Positions 1 to 11,387 of a DNA stretch of 34,761 nt are shown piece by piece. Below the pieces are notes generated by a model. It made no database searches. It was not told the origin of the DNA and worked only from the letters and a program-made list of their open reading frames with translations. The position numbers were made by a program, and so were the translations under genes. Positions within the stretch are counted from its first letter, which is position 1. Each line of letters begins with the position of its first letter. Source of the stretch: Alloascoidea hylecoeti (Eukaryota); contig BCKZ01000015.1 of NCBI GenBank assembly GCA_001600815.1, positions 620,001 through 654,761 on the forward strand, in the 5' to 3' direction.

Positions 1-37
1 ATGCACTTTTCAGTTGATTAACATATATATTTTAAAG

Positions 38-183
38 TGGCTATCTGCAGTGTCGCTGTATTTTCTTGCACTTTCTTTGTCACTAGACATTTCAAAAACA
101 ATGATCTCCGTATCTCCCGCCGTCCAGAAAAGAAGAAGTTAGAAGATAGTATAGAAGCTGCTCGTGTTCACCCACAGGAGTAA
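38..183 (+). CDS. Probable last exon of a small mitochondrial membrane protein, MIN8 (YPR010C-A)/NDUFA4-like; 5' part lies outside the window
   Basis: Branch-like GATTAAC (16-22) and AAG acceptor (35-37), then an open frame AICSVAVFSCTFFVTRHFKNNDLRISRRPEKKKLEDSIEAARVHPQE* (TAA 181-183). A hydrophobic helix followed by an LR[I/L] motif resembles recalled yeast Min8 ([22 protein letters not shown]). Too short for the ORF track. Confidence 0.5.
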
Positions 184-868
184 ACTATTTAAAACTCAAC
201 AACGATCAAATAAATGTCAAATGGACAAATGACAATCTTTAATAATACATGTTCCGAAACTGTTGTTTTGAATTAAATAATGGATATTGTTTTCTTTTGA
301 TTTACTTCACTTTATACTCTCTCTAATATTTTTGGAAGATTTATATTATGATGAGTAATATAGTCGTTGAATATAATTTTTCAGCTTTCCCGTTGCCGGT
401 TTTCATTATTGCTTAGGAAGTACGTTGTTTCATATCTCGATTCTCCAAGCTTACACGTGAGGATTACTTCGTACTTTAAGATTTTCTATTTCATTCATTG
501 TAACCAATTAGAATTTGAAATATACTGGTTGGTTAAACTTCTATTTAATATTTAATATCAAGTAATATTAAATAAACACGCTACAATCACACGAAGTTGT
601 AAAAGCGATTAATATTGTTATAAACATTAGAGCTCCAATTACAGCCTTATTATGTACAACATATTAATTTACGCTCATATTGGAAAGGGAACCAATTAAG
701 TTCTTCTACTTTCACATCTGAGGAATTAAAAAATGATTATTATAATCTCATTTATTGAATATAAATAAATTATTTTTCGTAAATCATTTCTTATTATAAA
801 GCTAATTCCTATAATTTGGTTACCCGTTTAAATCTCAGTAACATAGAAAAACTTGTTATATCATACCC

Positions 869-1456
869 TTAGGTTTTAACCTCTGTTGTGTTAGATTCTA
901 GTGGGATCGGTTTAGGCTCAGTAAAATCTTTATACAACCCAAATAAAGCACCAATAAGTCTATCAACCAAAAACACCCACAAGGAAAATGATAACGTTCC
1001 TGTAGGACTACTAGGAAGAGCCAAAAACCATTCAATATAACTAGGAAACATTCCAGTAGGTAACCAGAATACTACAGTTTTTCTATGCATATAACGATAA
1101 TATAATTTAGGACCAAATGTTGATATTGTTATAATCCAACCTATTCGTGATAAGATAGTTGATTTAGTTGATGATAAATCTGATTCTAATCGTTGGATTT
1201 CAACCTTCAACTTATCTTCTTTTCTCTGTAATTTAGCCCATTTGGCAAATTCATCCATGCTTGAGGTCCTTATTCTTTCTCGATTTGTTGCTAATAATTC
1301 ATGTTTCGTTTTTTTGAGATTGACCACCCTGGTTGAAGTTGACAAGTTTACAAATAAGTTCCAGAAAAACTCTCCAATTGTACTTTTACCAATCAAGGAA
1401 ATAATGTTGGAATATATTGAAAGTACCACTATGGTTAAAAGTACTGAATAGACCAT
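869..1456 (-). CDS. GET1: GET complex subunit Get1 (tail-anchored protein insertase, WRB/CHD5 family)
   Basis: N-terminal TM segment, coiled coil with TSSMDEFAKWAKLQRKEDKL, then VFWLPTGMFPSYIEWFLALP. First ATG is at 1456; the ORF track starts at an upstream TTG (1480). Confidence 0.93.
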   Translation of the reverse strand: MVYSVLLTIVVLSIYSNIISLIGKSTIGEFFWNLFVNLSTSTRVVNLKKTKHELLATNRERIRTSSMDEFAKWAKLQRKEDKLKVEIQRLESDLSSTKSTILSRIGWIITISTFGPKLYYRYMHRKTVVFWLPTGMFPSYIEWFLALPSSPTGTLSFSLWVFLVDRLIGALFGLYKDFTEPKPIPLESNTTEVKT

Positions 1457-1748
1457 TTCTTGAATGTTTTGATTGTTCAAGTTTTAAGGTGAATCACAGC
1501 TCAGTAAAGTAAAGCCTGTATATTTCAGTCTGGGAGTGTACCAGATACCGGGAAATTGAATCGCTTTTGTGTTTGGAGTTATATGATTTGATTTGATTCT
1601 GAAGAATTTATTACTTTAAATTTTTATATATTACATATCGATTTATTGAAAAATTTAAAAATCTCAGTTTGGTAGGACTCTATCAGACACATTCAGAATC
1701 TAAATTTTCAATTATTTATATCATAGTAAACAGAACAATTAAACATTA

Positions 1749-2678
1749 ATGTCTCGAACAGTCAAATCAGCTCTTTCTAATTCTCATATTTCACGGCTGT
1801 CTAGTGGGGCTCAATATGATGATACCTCCTCCGATGCCGAGTCCTGGATAAGCTCTTTTTGTACAATGTTTGGCCATGATTTCTTGGTAGAAGTCTCTAC
1901 TGAATACATAGAAGATGATTTTAATTTAACTGGTTTAAGTGCTCTAGTACCTTATTATCGTGAAGCATTAGACTTGATATTAGATCTTGAGCCTGTTACT
2001 CCAGTTAAACCATCAGTTGTGGCACACATTGAACATTCTGCAGAGTTATTATATGGTTTAATTCACGCAAGATTTATCGTTACAAAACCTGGTTTACAAT
2101 TAATGGCTGAGAAATATGAATATAAAAAATTTGGTACTTGCCAAAGATATTTCTGTCAAGGAATGCACTTATTACCAACCGGTTTATATGACCAACCAGG
2201 TCTAGAAACTGTTCGATTATACTGTCCATGTTGCAATGATATCTATTTACCAACAAGTTCAAGATATTTAAACTTAGATGGAGCTATATTTGGGAAAAGC
2301 TTCTCTAGTTTATTCTTAAATATGTTTTCTGAAATTGAAAAACAATGTGCGGCAACACGATGGAAACATTATGATTTAAAAATATTTGGATTCAAAATAA
2401 ATGAACAATCTAAAAGTGGACCACGAATGAGATGGTTACACCAACAACCAAAAACAGCAGAAGAGAAAGAAGAGTTTGAGGAATGTGGCCGATATTTAAG
2501 TTCTGATGATGACGATGATGACGACGATGAAGAAGATGATGAAGAAGAAGAGGAAGAAGACGATAAGGATAAGAATGAAGGTGAAGAAGAGGATGAGGAT
2601 GAGGATGAGAATCCTATAGAGATTGAGATTAAGGATAAAAACGGCAAAGAGATCAAAGTTGTTCAGGGTAAAAAGTAA
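1749..2678 (+). CDS. CKB1: Casein kinase II regulatory subunit beta
   Basis: SWISSFC..GHDFLVEV..EYIEDDFNLTGL, AELLYGLIHARFI, zinc-finger cysteines (C..R..C, CPCC.DIY.P), KIFGFKI, and a long acidic C-terminal tail. The GET1-CKB1-ATE1 order matches S. cerevisiae. Confidence 0.95.
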   Translation: MSRTVKSALSNSHISRLSSGAQYDDTSSDAESWISSFCTMFGHDFLVEVSTEYIEDDFNLTGLSALVPYYREALDLILDLEPVTPVKPSVVAHIEHSAELLYGLIHARFIVTKPGLQLMAEKYEYKKFGTCQRYFCQGMHLLPTGLYDQPGLETVRLYCPCCNDIYLPTSSRYLNLDGAIFGKSFSSLFLNMFSEIEKQCAATRWKHYDLKIFGFKINEQSKSGPRMRWLHQQPKTAEEKEEFEECGRYLSSDDDDDDDDEEDDEEEEEEDDKDKNEGEEEDEDEDENPIEIEIKDKNGKEIKVVQGKK

Positions 2679-2881
2679 ACGTTTATATCTACCAACTCCA
2701 ATAATCCACCTTAATTATAAACTGGATCTTCCCTTGTATTGTCATTATATATTTATGTATTTGCTTTTATTGTACTTTTTACATATCATGATCAAAATAT
2801 AAACCCACGTGATATATTTCAGTGAATATTTAACAACGTAGATATCGATAAAAAACATATATTGTGTCCTAAACATTAAAA

Positions 2882-4528
2882 ATGAGTTCCTTTGGTGATC
2901 TTATTCAAATAGATTCTTCCAAAACTGCCTTAATCAGACCTGGTCGCCATGCATCTGCCAAATGTGGTTATTGTCACCAGAATGACACTTTTAAAGAGTA
3001 TCAATGCTTGGCTAACAATTTGACTGTCAATCAGTATCAAAGATTAATAGATAGAGGTTTTAGAAGGTCAGGGACGGTTCTTTATAAAGTGAGTGAACAT
3101 ATTTGATATTCACCTTATATGGATCTTCATCTAACTTTGACTCGAAATTTGATTAGCCAGATCTGTTACGAACATGTTGCAAGCTGTACACTATAAGGAC
3201 CAATGCGGATAAATTTGAGCCAAACAAAGAGCATAGGCAATGCCTTAACAGATTCACCAGGTTTCTTGAAAGTGGTTCAACTAATGGTTCAATAGCTCAA
3301 AAGTAAGTAATGTTCACGTATTTGTATAATAACCACTTTCAAGTCTAACATACACAACGATTATAGAACAAAAGGAAAAAACAATTCCAAACATTTTTTA
3401 TCATCAATATCAAATATATTATCTCATGATAATTTTCGTATTGTATTAGAACTAGCCGAATTTAGTCAAGAGAAATATCAACTTTTTAAAAAATATCAAA
3501 TAGCAGTTCATAAAGATAAAGAAGACGATAATACTCCAAAACAATTCAAATCATTTTTATGCGATCATCCATTTAAACAAAATATCGATGATTGCAAGAA
3601 TAAACTAGCAAAAATGACAAAGTTATTAAGGGATCCCGATTTTTATAATAATAATACTGCTCATGATGTTAATGAACCACCATATTTTGGTCCTGCTCAT
3701 CAACTTTATTACTATAATGATATTCTTATTGCAATTGGGGTAATTGATTTATTACCACATGCAATCTCATCAGTTTATCTAATTCGTCATCCAGATTATG
3801 ATCAATTAACACTTGGTAAATTTTCAGCATTGATCGAATTAGCAACATCACGATTATTCTGTTACAAGTATTATTATATGGGTTATTATATTGATAATTG
3901 TACTAAAATGATGTATAAGAAGAATTTTGAACCATGTTATTTACTTGATCCAGTTGAATTAATATTTAAATCGTTTAAGAATTATAAGAAATATCTAGAT
4001 TCAAAAACAAATGATCTTGTTATTTTGGATGACCACAATTATAACACAATTGATGATAATAATTTATATCGAAAGGAACTAGAATATGAAACGAATCTTG
4101 CAAACAGATCAGATGGCAATGATATTTATAATGTTACCGGAATATACAATAAGTATTTAGTAGAAACCTACAAAAACAATTCCGAAAAGTATGTTGAGGA
4201 AATCAACAAATTATACGACATCTCATTAAAATCGCAAGACGAAGAAGACGAAGAAGATAGTTTTACATCTTTCATACCTGGAAAATTGTCTTTAAGAAGT
4301 ATTATCTCATATATCCAGTCAGGCAAAATGAGCAAAGAGCAAATACATAAAAAGGTGGTATGGTCCATCGGATCGGTTGAGGACGAGGCATTTCCGACAA
4401 TCGTACAGGTGATTCCGTGGGGGGTTATCGAAAATGCCTCGTTGGAGACCACAGTCATGAAGAGCTTGGTGGAGTTTTCTAGAAACGCAGGCATAAGCAT
4501 GTTTGAAGACACTCTCTTTATTTTATAG
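2882..4528 (+). CDS. ATE1: Arginyl-tRNA--protein transferase; exons 2882-3088, 3157-3302, 3367-4528
   Basis: KCGYC; LIDRGFRRSGTVLYK|PDLLRTCCKLYTIRT across intron 1 (3089-3156, GTGAGT..CTAAC..TAG). Intron 2 is 3303-3366 (GTAAGT..CTAAC..TAG). Exon 3 reads EKYQLFKKYQIAVH, HQLYYY..ILIAIGVIDLLP..ISSVY, YYYMGYYI..C.KM.YK. The spliced frames join with no stops. Confidence 0.95.
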
Positions 4529-4549
4529 TCGTAGAATTGCACACTAATT

Positions 4550-4610
4550 CCCCTCACACGTGACACGCACTAAGATATATAAACAGAGTATCCCCGGATT
4601 TTATTCCCCT
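4550..4610 (+). promoter_or_regulatory. Compact STF2 promoter: STRE-like CCCCT x2, bHLH E-box CACGTGAC, TATA box
   Basis: CCCCT at 4550-4554 and 4606-4610, CACGTGAC at 4557-4564 (Cbf1-type GTCACGTG on the minus strand), TATATAAA at 4576-4583, about 110 bp upstream of the ATG. Motif match only. Confidence 0.45.
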
Positions 4611-4692
4611 CTTTTTCTTTATCTCCTTGTATTCAATTTTATCTTTTTGAATATTATTTTATCTTATAACACTATTATAACAACAATTGACC

Positions 4693-4977
4693 ATGGCAAG
4701 AACTACTAGAAGTCATTCTTCCAATGAAGAACCACGTTACTTTTCCAAGCACGGCCACGCCGACCAAGCACCAAACAAAACTAAGAGAGATGGTGCTGGC
4801 AAATTGAACTGGGGTAAAGAAGGGGACGAGATTGCCGATTTAATTGCTAGTGGTGAAGTCACCATGATGAAGGGAAGGCGAAGATCTTCTAATGCACAGT
4901 CGTCTGGAGTACCGGCCTGGGAGGTTAAACCCAAATATGATGCTGAGGTTTTTGAAGATGGACAAAAAGTTTACTAA
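4693..4977 (+). CDS. STF2: STF2/TMA10-family small hydrophilic stress protein
   Basis: PRYFSKHGHADQAPNKTKRDGAGKLNWGKEGDEI..L..SGE and RRSSN motifs. First ATG is at 4693. Convergent with ECT1, as in S. cerevisiae. Confidence 0.88.
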   Translation: MARTTRSHSSNEEPRYFSKHGHADQAPNKTKRDGAGKLNWGKEGDEIADLIASGEVTMMKGRRRSSNAQSSGVPAWEVKPKYDAEVFEDGQKVY

Positions 4978-5569
4978 TTATGAATATTATATTGTATCTA
5001 CTAGATCTTTAGCACTCTCAGGATCAGGATGTTTATTGCTGAGAATCAGATGAGGTGCCTTTTTTTATTTTACCTTTTTTATGAGAAAGTACATAGAACG
5101 ACGATGTTATGATTAATGAAAATCCAATAAATTAAATTTATGTTAAACATTCTCACAGGCAAATGTAATTGTAATTGTCATGTTAATTATACGTGTGTTG
5201 TTGAAATTGACATCAGTCCACTTGAAGCTCATCTTTTCTGCAGTCATCCATCACCCCAACGTTTAACTGCTCACAAAATAACTGTATTAACATTGGGACT
5301 GACTGCTCCCACTTACTACATTCCAGGAAATATTACCACATTGACTGTCGGTTTCAGAATATAAACCAATCAATTATACATGTAGTTGTTACAGCACATC
5401 CATTATCTACTATTTATATTATAATGAAACTTTATATGTTGGATCGTATTATCAAAAAGGAAAACAAATCTTGAAGACAAAAGAATCATTAGTTTACTCA
5501 AAAACCAGATAGGTAATCATTAGGAGTTTTTAAACCTTTTAATGATAATATCAAATCGGCTTATTACTA

Positions 5570-6925
5570 TTAATTGATGTTAGCTGAAATTTTTCCTTTC
5601 TCTTCAGCTTCCATATTCCTTTCCCTTTGACTCTTCCATCCTTTTTTCCTCTGCCTTTCCTCATAAATTGCTCGATTTTCTAGTACCCTATCAACAATTT
5701 CTTTGGTTGAGATATTATCATACTTATGAGGTCCAATTTGCTTGAATAAACCTAAACGAATAGCTTCAGCATAAGGATTAATATAAGCATCTGTGCTGGA
5801 ATTCTCGCCATTTTCCGAAATAGCAACTTCTGGCGTGGGCCCATGGTATATTCCATCAATATGCCAATTGACACCTTGAGGATCCTGCAAAGTTTTTATA
5901 AAATTTGTATCAGGAATATATGGTGCACCAAGTATAATTGCATCAACATAACGACATTGTAAAACACATAATGATCTTTCAAATAAATTCATTATTGGAT
6001 AATTTAATCCTTTATTTTTATGAACTGATTTATCATTATGAATTCCAATAACAACAGCTGCATCTAACTTATTGGCTTGAGTTTCATGAATAACTCTTAA
6101 AAATTCAATATGACCAGGATTAAATAAATCAAACCCACCATCAACATAAATAATTTTCTTTTTTAATTTATTGCTTATAGTTAAAGAAGGTTCAATAAAT
6201 GTATTTATTTTTGAGGATTCAGATGTATAAATATAGACACCAGAACCTGCTGATTTACCATCCGATGAGGTGGCATATTCAGTATAACGAGTAACTTCTT
6301 CAGGCTGTAGTAGAGGGTGATCATTCAATTTTATATCTCCACCTTTGTAATGCTCGAAATCTTCCTCAGTAATATCCTTAATATGATGGGTTGTAGTAAA
6401 CAATAGCATTCTTCCAACTAAATCTGTCGTACTAATATTAGGTGTCCTTTTAACAACAATGAATCGGCCTTGTTCCTTAACAATCCTATAGCAATCTTCA
6501 CCACCTGCATCGGTGGTAATATCATCACCATGAACAACATATTTGCACTGGTATTGATCCATTACAAGTGGATCCGTAACATATGGTGCATTTGGGACAC
6601 AAGTTGTACACCATTTGCAAGCCGAAACAGCGAGGACACGTTCATCAAGATGCATTACCACAGGTCCTTTATTCTCAGCAATATCTTCATCGCTGTGGAC
6701 ACCAACATATAGTTCTTGTCCTAGTTGACGAGCTTGTCGCATAGCCCCGGCATGGCCTTTTATTTTTCATGTTAACAAATAAAATATAGATACATGACAA
6801 TCTCATTACATCGTGAAGATACAAACGGTTGGGAACTGAGATACAAAGAAAAAATGCTTACCATGATGAGCAAAATCAAAACAACCATCTATCCAAATTT
6901 TAGAATCAAGGACCTTGTCTGACAT
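5570..6925 (-). CDS. ECT1: Ethanolamine-phosphate cytidylyltransferase; exons 6925-6862, 6756-5570
   Basis: Exon 1 MSDKVLDSKIWIDGCFDFAHH joins GHAGAMRQARQ across intron 6861-6757 (GTAAGC..GTTAAC..AAG), restoring the HxGH motif. Also YVVHGDDIT, KRTPNISTTDLVGRML and a second domain YVDGGFDLFNPGHI. Confidence 0.96.
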
Positions 6926-7112
6926 ATTTTATAGTGAATTTGTTAAAGTTGAAAATTAATGAAGGTGTGCAGAAACTTTAGGAGAAAAGTAAGTCTTTTA
7001 TGTTTTGCATGATAATATCGAAGCAACTCCATAAAATTAATAGTACTCTGATAGTATTAATTGTGTTTGGCAATGAACCACACTTATCTGTATCTGAGTA
7101 TATATAACTGAT

Positions 7113-7133
7113 TATATATATATATATATATAT
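7113..7133. repeat. (TA)n microsatellite
   Basis: About 10 TA units directly after the stop codon of the DUF4112 gene. Confidence 0.85.
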
Positions 7134-8033
7134 TTATTTCATTCGAATAAATCCTTGTTCTTGAACACTGGTATCCGGAAAAGATTTGAGGATCCCACGT
7201 CCTCTATTCCCATTCCTGTTAGGTCCCGAATCCACAACATTATATTGAGTTCTATTCATAAAAATTCCACCACCTGTATTATTTTCATTTGACGGTTGGG
7301 CATTATTTTGAAATGGATTAAAGGTTGACTAGCGTCCAAAAGTATTAATACTAATGTTTGTTAACTTTGGCATTTTTTAATGAAATACATACCTGTCCGC
7401 TCTGTCCTCTTTTTGCCAAATAATTCCATATCATTGCAGCATTTCTAGTCGAGCAAGCATTCAAATATGATAATATTGACCCTATTACTGGAGGTAAAGT
7501 GATCAGGAAATCAAACAATATATTTGATGCTATTTTGACAGCTAATGATTTTGGTATTTGGAGTTCATTTTCTGCTATGGTTAACAAACGCATATGAATG
7601 ATATATACACATAGAGGTCCTATCACCGGGAGAATTGCTATCGTAAATATGTCAGAATTATGGACAGTAATGAGAATGGGGTTTGTTTTATACCTACAGA
7701 CCAAGGGAGCAGACCCAACTCCACAATCTAACCAAAAGCAACCACAGAAACATCTATCATGATTCCATGCTTTCTGTCTTATCCCTTTCCAGGCTCTCTT
7801 TTCATCATTCGTTACACCAGGAGGTGCTTTTCTTTTTCTGGTACTACCATCTGGTAATTCCTCGAAGAACGGATCTATAAATGTGAATTAACAAACTGAC
7901 GCTTTGATATCATCTAACAAACAAACAGAAAAATACCTTTTGTCTGCAGTTTTTCACCAGCATATTCTTCCCAGACAGCCATACCAATATCATACCCGGG
8001 GATCGCTTCTACTTGCGATTGCAGATCTGTCAT
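7134..8033 (-). CDS. DUF4112 membrane protein, YLR326W-like; exons 8033-7937, 7874-7698, 7637-7393, 7328-7134
   Basis: Manual splicing over three introns (62, 60 and 64 nt; donors GTATTT, GTAGGT, GTATGT; all TAG acceptors) gives one frame: MTDLQSQVEAIPG..EKLQTK|DPFFEELPDG..AWKGIRQKAWNHDRCFCGC..APLV|SILPVIGPL..ACSTRNAAMIWNYLAKR..GQ|STFNPFQ..QEQGFIRMK*. Matches recalled YLR326W motifs (DPFYE, KAWLHD, LLPVIGPL, ACSTRNAA). Confidence 0.85.
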
Positions 8034-8732
8034 GTTGTTCACGTTACTACTAAAGTAAAAGGAAAGTTATAACTTTGTAAATATTTATAATTATATATTG
8101 TGATTTCCCGTCTTTTCCGAACCCAACATACCTAAAAGCATCTTTACGAATCGATACTTTAGAATATTATCACTTTATGACAGTGCTCCTATCGCACACA
8201 GGTAAAAGAATATACAATACAAAAAAATGATATTGCAACATCAATCGGACCCTAAAACACAACACTGATATTTTTCCCTTACAATAATATATTTGCTCAT
8301 GAAACTATATTATAATTATACTTTAAATCAAAAAAATAATTTTTCTAAGAATCAGATAACATTGATTATAAAGAAAGATATTCTCTTTGCTTATACTTGG
8401 TACTCAATATTGTCAATGAATTCCAAGAGGGCCAATTAAATTTCGAATGCTCTATTCGTCTAGATCTATAAATGGAATCAAGACACTTCTATTTTAGTGG
8501 AGTCAAAGTAAGATTGAAGGTAGATATCCCACCTAGGCCTTTCTTTCTTTTTACTATTCACCTTAAACATAATGTTTTCTTCTTCATTATTATCCCAATC
8601 ATATTTCCAAATGAAATTATTCAACATATTAAACATGTACCATGTACAACCGATGATTTCTTAAAGACCTAGCTTTTTCCAAGTATTTTCTTCTAGAAGT
8701 GCTCTGGGATCTAATAATAAATCAAGAATCCA

Positions 8733-11013
8733 TTTTTTTTTCAAGTGGCCATTAAGGCTCTATATTATACTTTCATATCTTTAAATACTATCTTCATAAC
8801 CAAAAAATTGTGAAAATAAAAAAGACCTAATAATGTTATAGGTCCACTTTTTTATACCTAATCATTTTATTATAAATTATACTTGCTGATCTATAAGAGG
8901 ATAAAAAGAATTATTGAATAATTTTATAAAACAAAGGTTTAAATACCTGTGCGGTAAAACCAAGTCTGATATCATATCTAATATGATCAACTACTTTATT
9001 TGTATTTCTGAATTAATTTACGTTTTTCTATTTTCGCAAACTTGATAATTGAAGAGGACTCCAATGTTGGAACTAAAGTGTCTAAGGAACCGTATATTCC
9101 ATATTACCTCCACAGTAAGGCTTATGTGTTTTATAAACTGAGAATATTCCAAGGATGGACAAATGAAATCATTTAAGCATAGATCTTTTCCAATAAGAGA
9201 GTTAAATATTGTAGTTTTTATTGGGCAACTATTAAAGGCATGTTCTTCCGTTTCAGTACCGTTTCGTAAGCATAGGATACATTTGTCTAACTTACCATTT
9301 GATTGATCCACTTCCGAGGAGTGAAGGGGCCAATGATGAGTGTAATGTCTAAGATTAAAACGATGTAAATAATCTACGGACCCCGGATCAATTTTATTTA
9401 TCTTGTCTAATTTAATCCACCAAAAATTCCACTCTTTAATACTTCGCTTTCGTAGTACTTCAGGAGGCCATTTTGGAATAATTGGTTTATCTTTTAAAGA
9501 ATTATAATATCTCGCTGCAGATCTTCGAAATACGGCTGATTCTATTTGGTGGTTTGAACATTTTGGAGAACTTCAGAAGGAACAGGTGTTGAAACCACGT
9601 TATAAGTGGTAGCAATATCAACCCTAGGGATTTTCTTTGTGATCTTGTGAAGAGTTGTCTTTGTAGTTAAAATGTCGTATGCTTTCAAATAAGTTTCCCA
9701 TCTTTTTTCATTTAGTGATGAGTAGATATAAATGTAATTGTTCCGTATCCCCTTTCATCCCATATATGGTATCAGAAGAATTCATAAGAAATATTGGGAT
9801 TGTTATAACGATATTGGCAGTATTGCAACCTTCGTTCATCACATTCGTTTTGTAATAAAGCCCTAACATGCAACGCAAAAGATTCGCTGGAGCTATTTAA
9901 TATATCTATAAACCAAGATGAATATAATCCGTGTAGATGGCGTCTCAGATCAAGAAGACCAAACCCACCTTGTTCTCTAGGGCGGTGTAATGTCTCTAAT
10001 GATATTAATAATTTGGGATTAACAATTTGTCTAGTGATTTCCTTTTGAAATTGAATTAACTGGGTTGGAGTCAAAGGCCAGAACTCACTTTGATAATTTA
10101 TTCAGCTTTCAGATTTTTTCTCCGATATTTTAAAGGTATGGTTTAAATTGGTAGTCACTAAGAAGAGACTAGACTTCGTATTACTAACCTTATCATATTA
10201 GCGAACTTTTAAAGTGTGCTTTAGGTTCCTCAAAAGCCACATGTTTATGGGTGTGGGCAACCTTATGGGATATTAATGTTATACCCTGTAGTTTACGATC
10301 CAATTGGACAGCCAACGGCTCCATAGCTAAAATAAATAAAGTGGGAGGACTGAGTGGGTTTCCTTGCCTGACACCATTATTTATTGGAAAATACCTTCCC
10401 AGTGCACTATTTTTTTCACATACCCCACCTGTTGGGTAACGAAAGATAAGATCATGTTTATGAGATTATTTGGAAGATCGAAAACTTCGAGAATGTAATG
10501 ATGATTGATAGAGTCGAAAGCTTCTTTAAAGTTAATCTGGGCTATAGCCGAATTACAGTCCATTTCTTCATCATCATATAAAGATGGATTAAGCAAGAAC
10601 TCAGATATTTGCAATAACTACTTCCACGTTGGTGCTAAATGTCTGGGTACATGGGCATTTTGTTGAAGGCTTATCCATCTTTTCAGAAAGGGTATAAGTC
10701 GTTGGTTGATTGCTTGACATAGGATGTGAGCATCAGAGTTCATCATGCTTAGAATACGTAAATTTCGTAAGCCTAGAGGTCCTTTCAGGGTTTGGGTATC
10801 ATAATAAGATGAACAGTTTTCATCGGAATAGGAAGATTTCCCGTTTTTAGAATATGATTTGCTATTTTCACCAGTCTAGGTCCCGAATCAACCCAAGTCG
10901 TTTTATAAAACTTGTAGGGAAATACTATTAATAGTTATCATATACCACCTAAGTGAACCAGAGCAAAGCATGATGGAATCTCTTTCAATCATTTTGGACC
11001 ACTGTGACCCTGA
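8733..11013 (-). mobile_element. Decayed, 5'-truncated non-LTR retrotransposon (L1 clade, Zorro/Ylli-like ORF2) with 3' UTR and poly(A)
   Basis: Fragmented minus-strand frames in the correct order: PYKFYKTTW..GNLP..LIMIPK (RT domain 0), NLRILSMMNSDAHIL, QINFKEAFDSINHHYI, GVRQGNPLSPPTLFILAMEPL, LHRPREQGGFGLLDL and zinc knuckle CILC..ETEEHAFNSCP. Many stops and frameshifts, no intact YADD. Ends in A9 (T run 8733-8741). Confidence 0.9.
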
Positions 11014-11024
11014 TAATCCCCATA

Positions 11025-11369
11025 TTTTTTTTTTCAAGTGGTACCATTAAGGCTCTATATTAAACTTACTATATCTCTAAATACTATCTTCATAACAACT
11101 AAAATATTGTGAAAATAAAAAAGACCTAATACTAGGCAAAAATACCTCTTACTAATGTTAGAGGTTCACTCTTTTTTGAGTAATGTTGTTACTTTTTATA
11201 GTATTATTGTCACCATTTCCACCTTCTTACTCAATTAATACGAGTAAAGGATGTCATATGTATACATCTTTCCTATTTTTTTTTTTTTTTTTTTTCCATA
11301 GCATCTAAGTGATTCAGAACAAAGCTTTGTGGAGTCTCTTTCAATCATTTTACTCCATTGAGATGCTGA
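11025..11369 (-). mobile_element. Short, internally deleted second copy of the same LINE family
   Basis: 11025-11177 repeats the 3' UTR and poly(A) at 8733-8853, with a ~23 nt insertion. 11298-11369 repeats 10942-11013 without gaps (56/72 identical by manual count). Contains a T20 run at 11276-11295. Confidence 0.75.
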
Positions 11370-11387
11370 CATGTTTCAAAAATAAAA

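Noticed and set aside
412..535. Two adjacent hairpins (AAGTACG/CGTACTT and TAACCAATTAG/CTGGTTGGTTA) as an H/ACA snoRNA
   Set aside because: The strand favoured by G-U pairs has no H box or ACA tail, and short stems are expected by chance in AT-rich DNA.
2369..2656. Poly-Ser ORF, and the other short antisense or overlapping track ORFs inside CKB1, ATE1, ECT1, UTP12, VAC7, TPO4 and CENP-T
   Set aside because: Shadow frames of real genes, for example the reverse complements of acidic or polyQ tracts.
8733..11177. Direct repeats flanking the RT region read as LTRs
   Set aside because: Each repeat ends in poly(A), lacks TG..CA termini, and the enclosed protein is an L1-type RT with a C-terminal zinc knuckle and no integrase or protease. 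They are LINE 3' ends.
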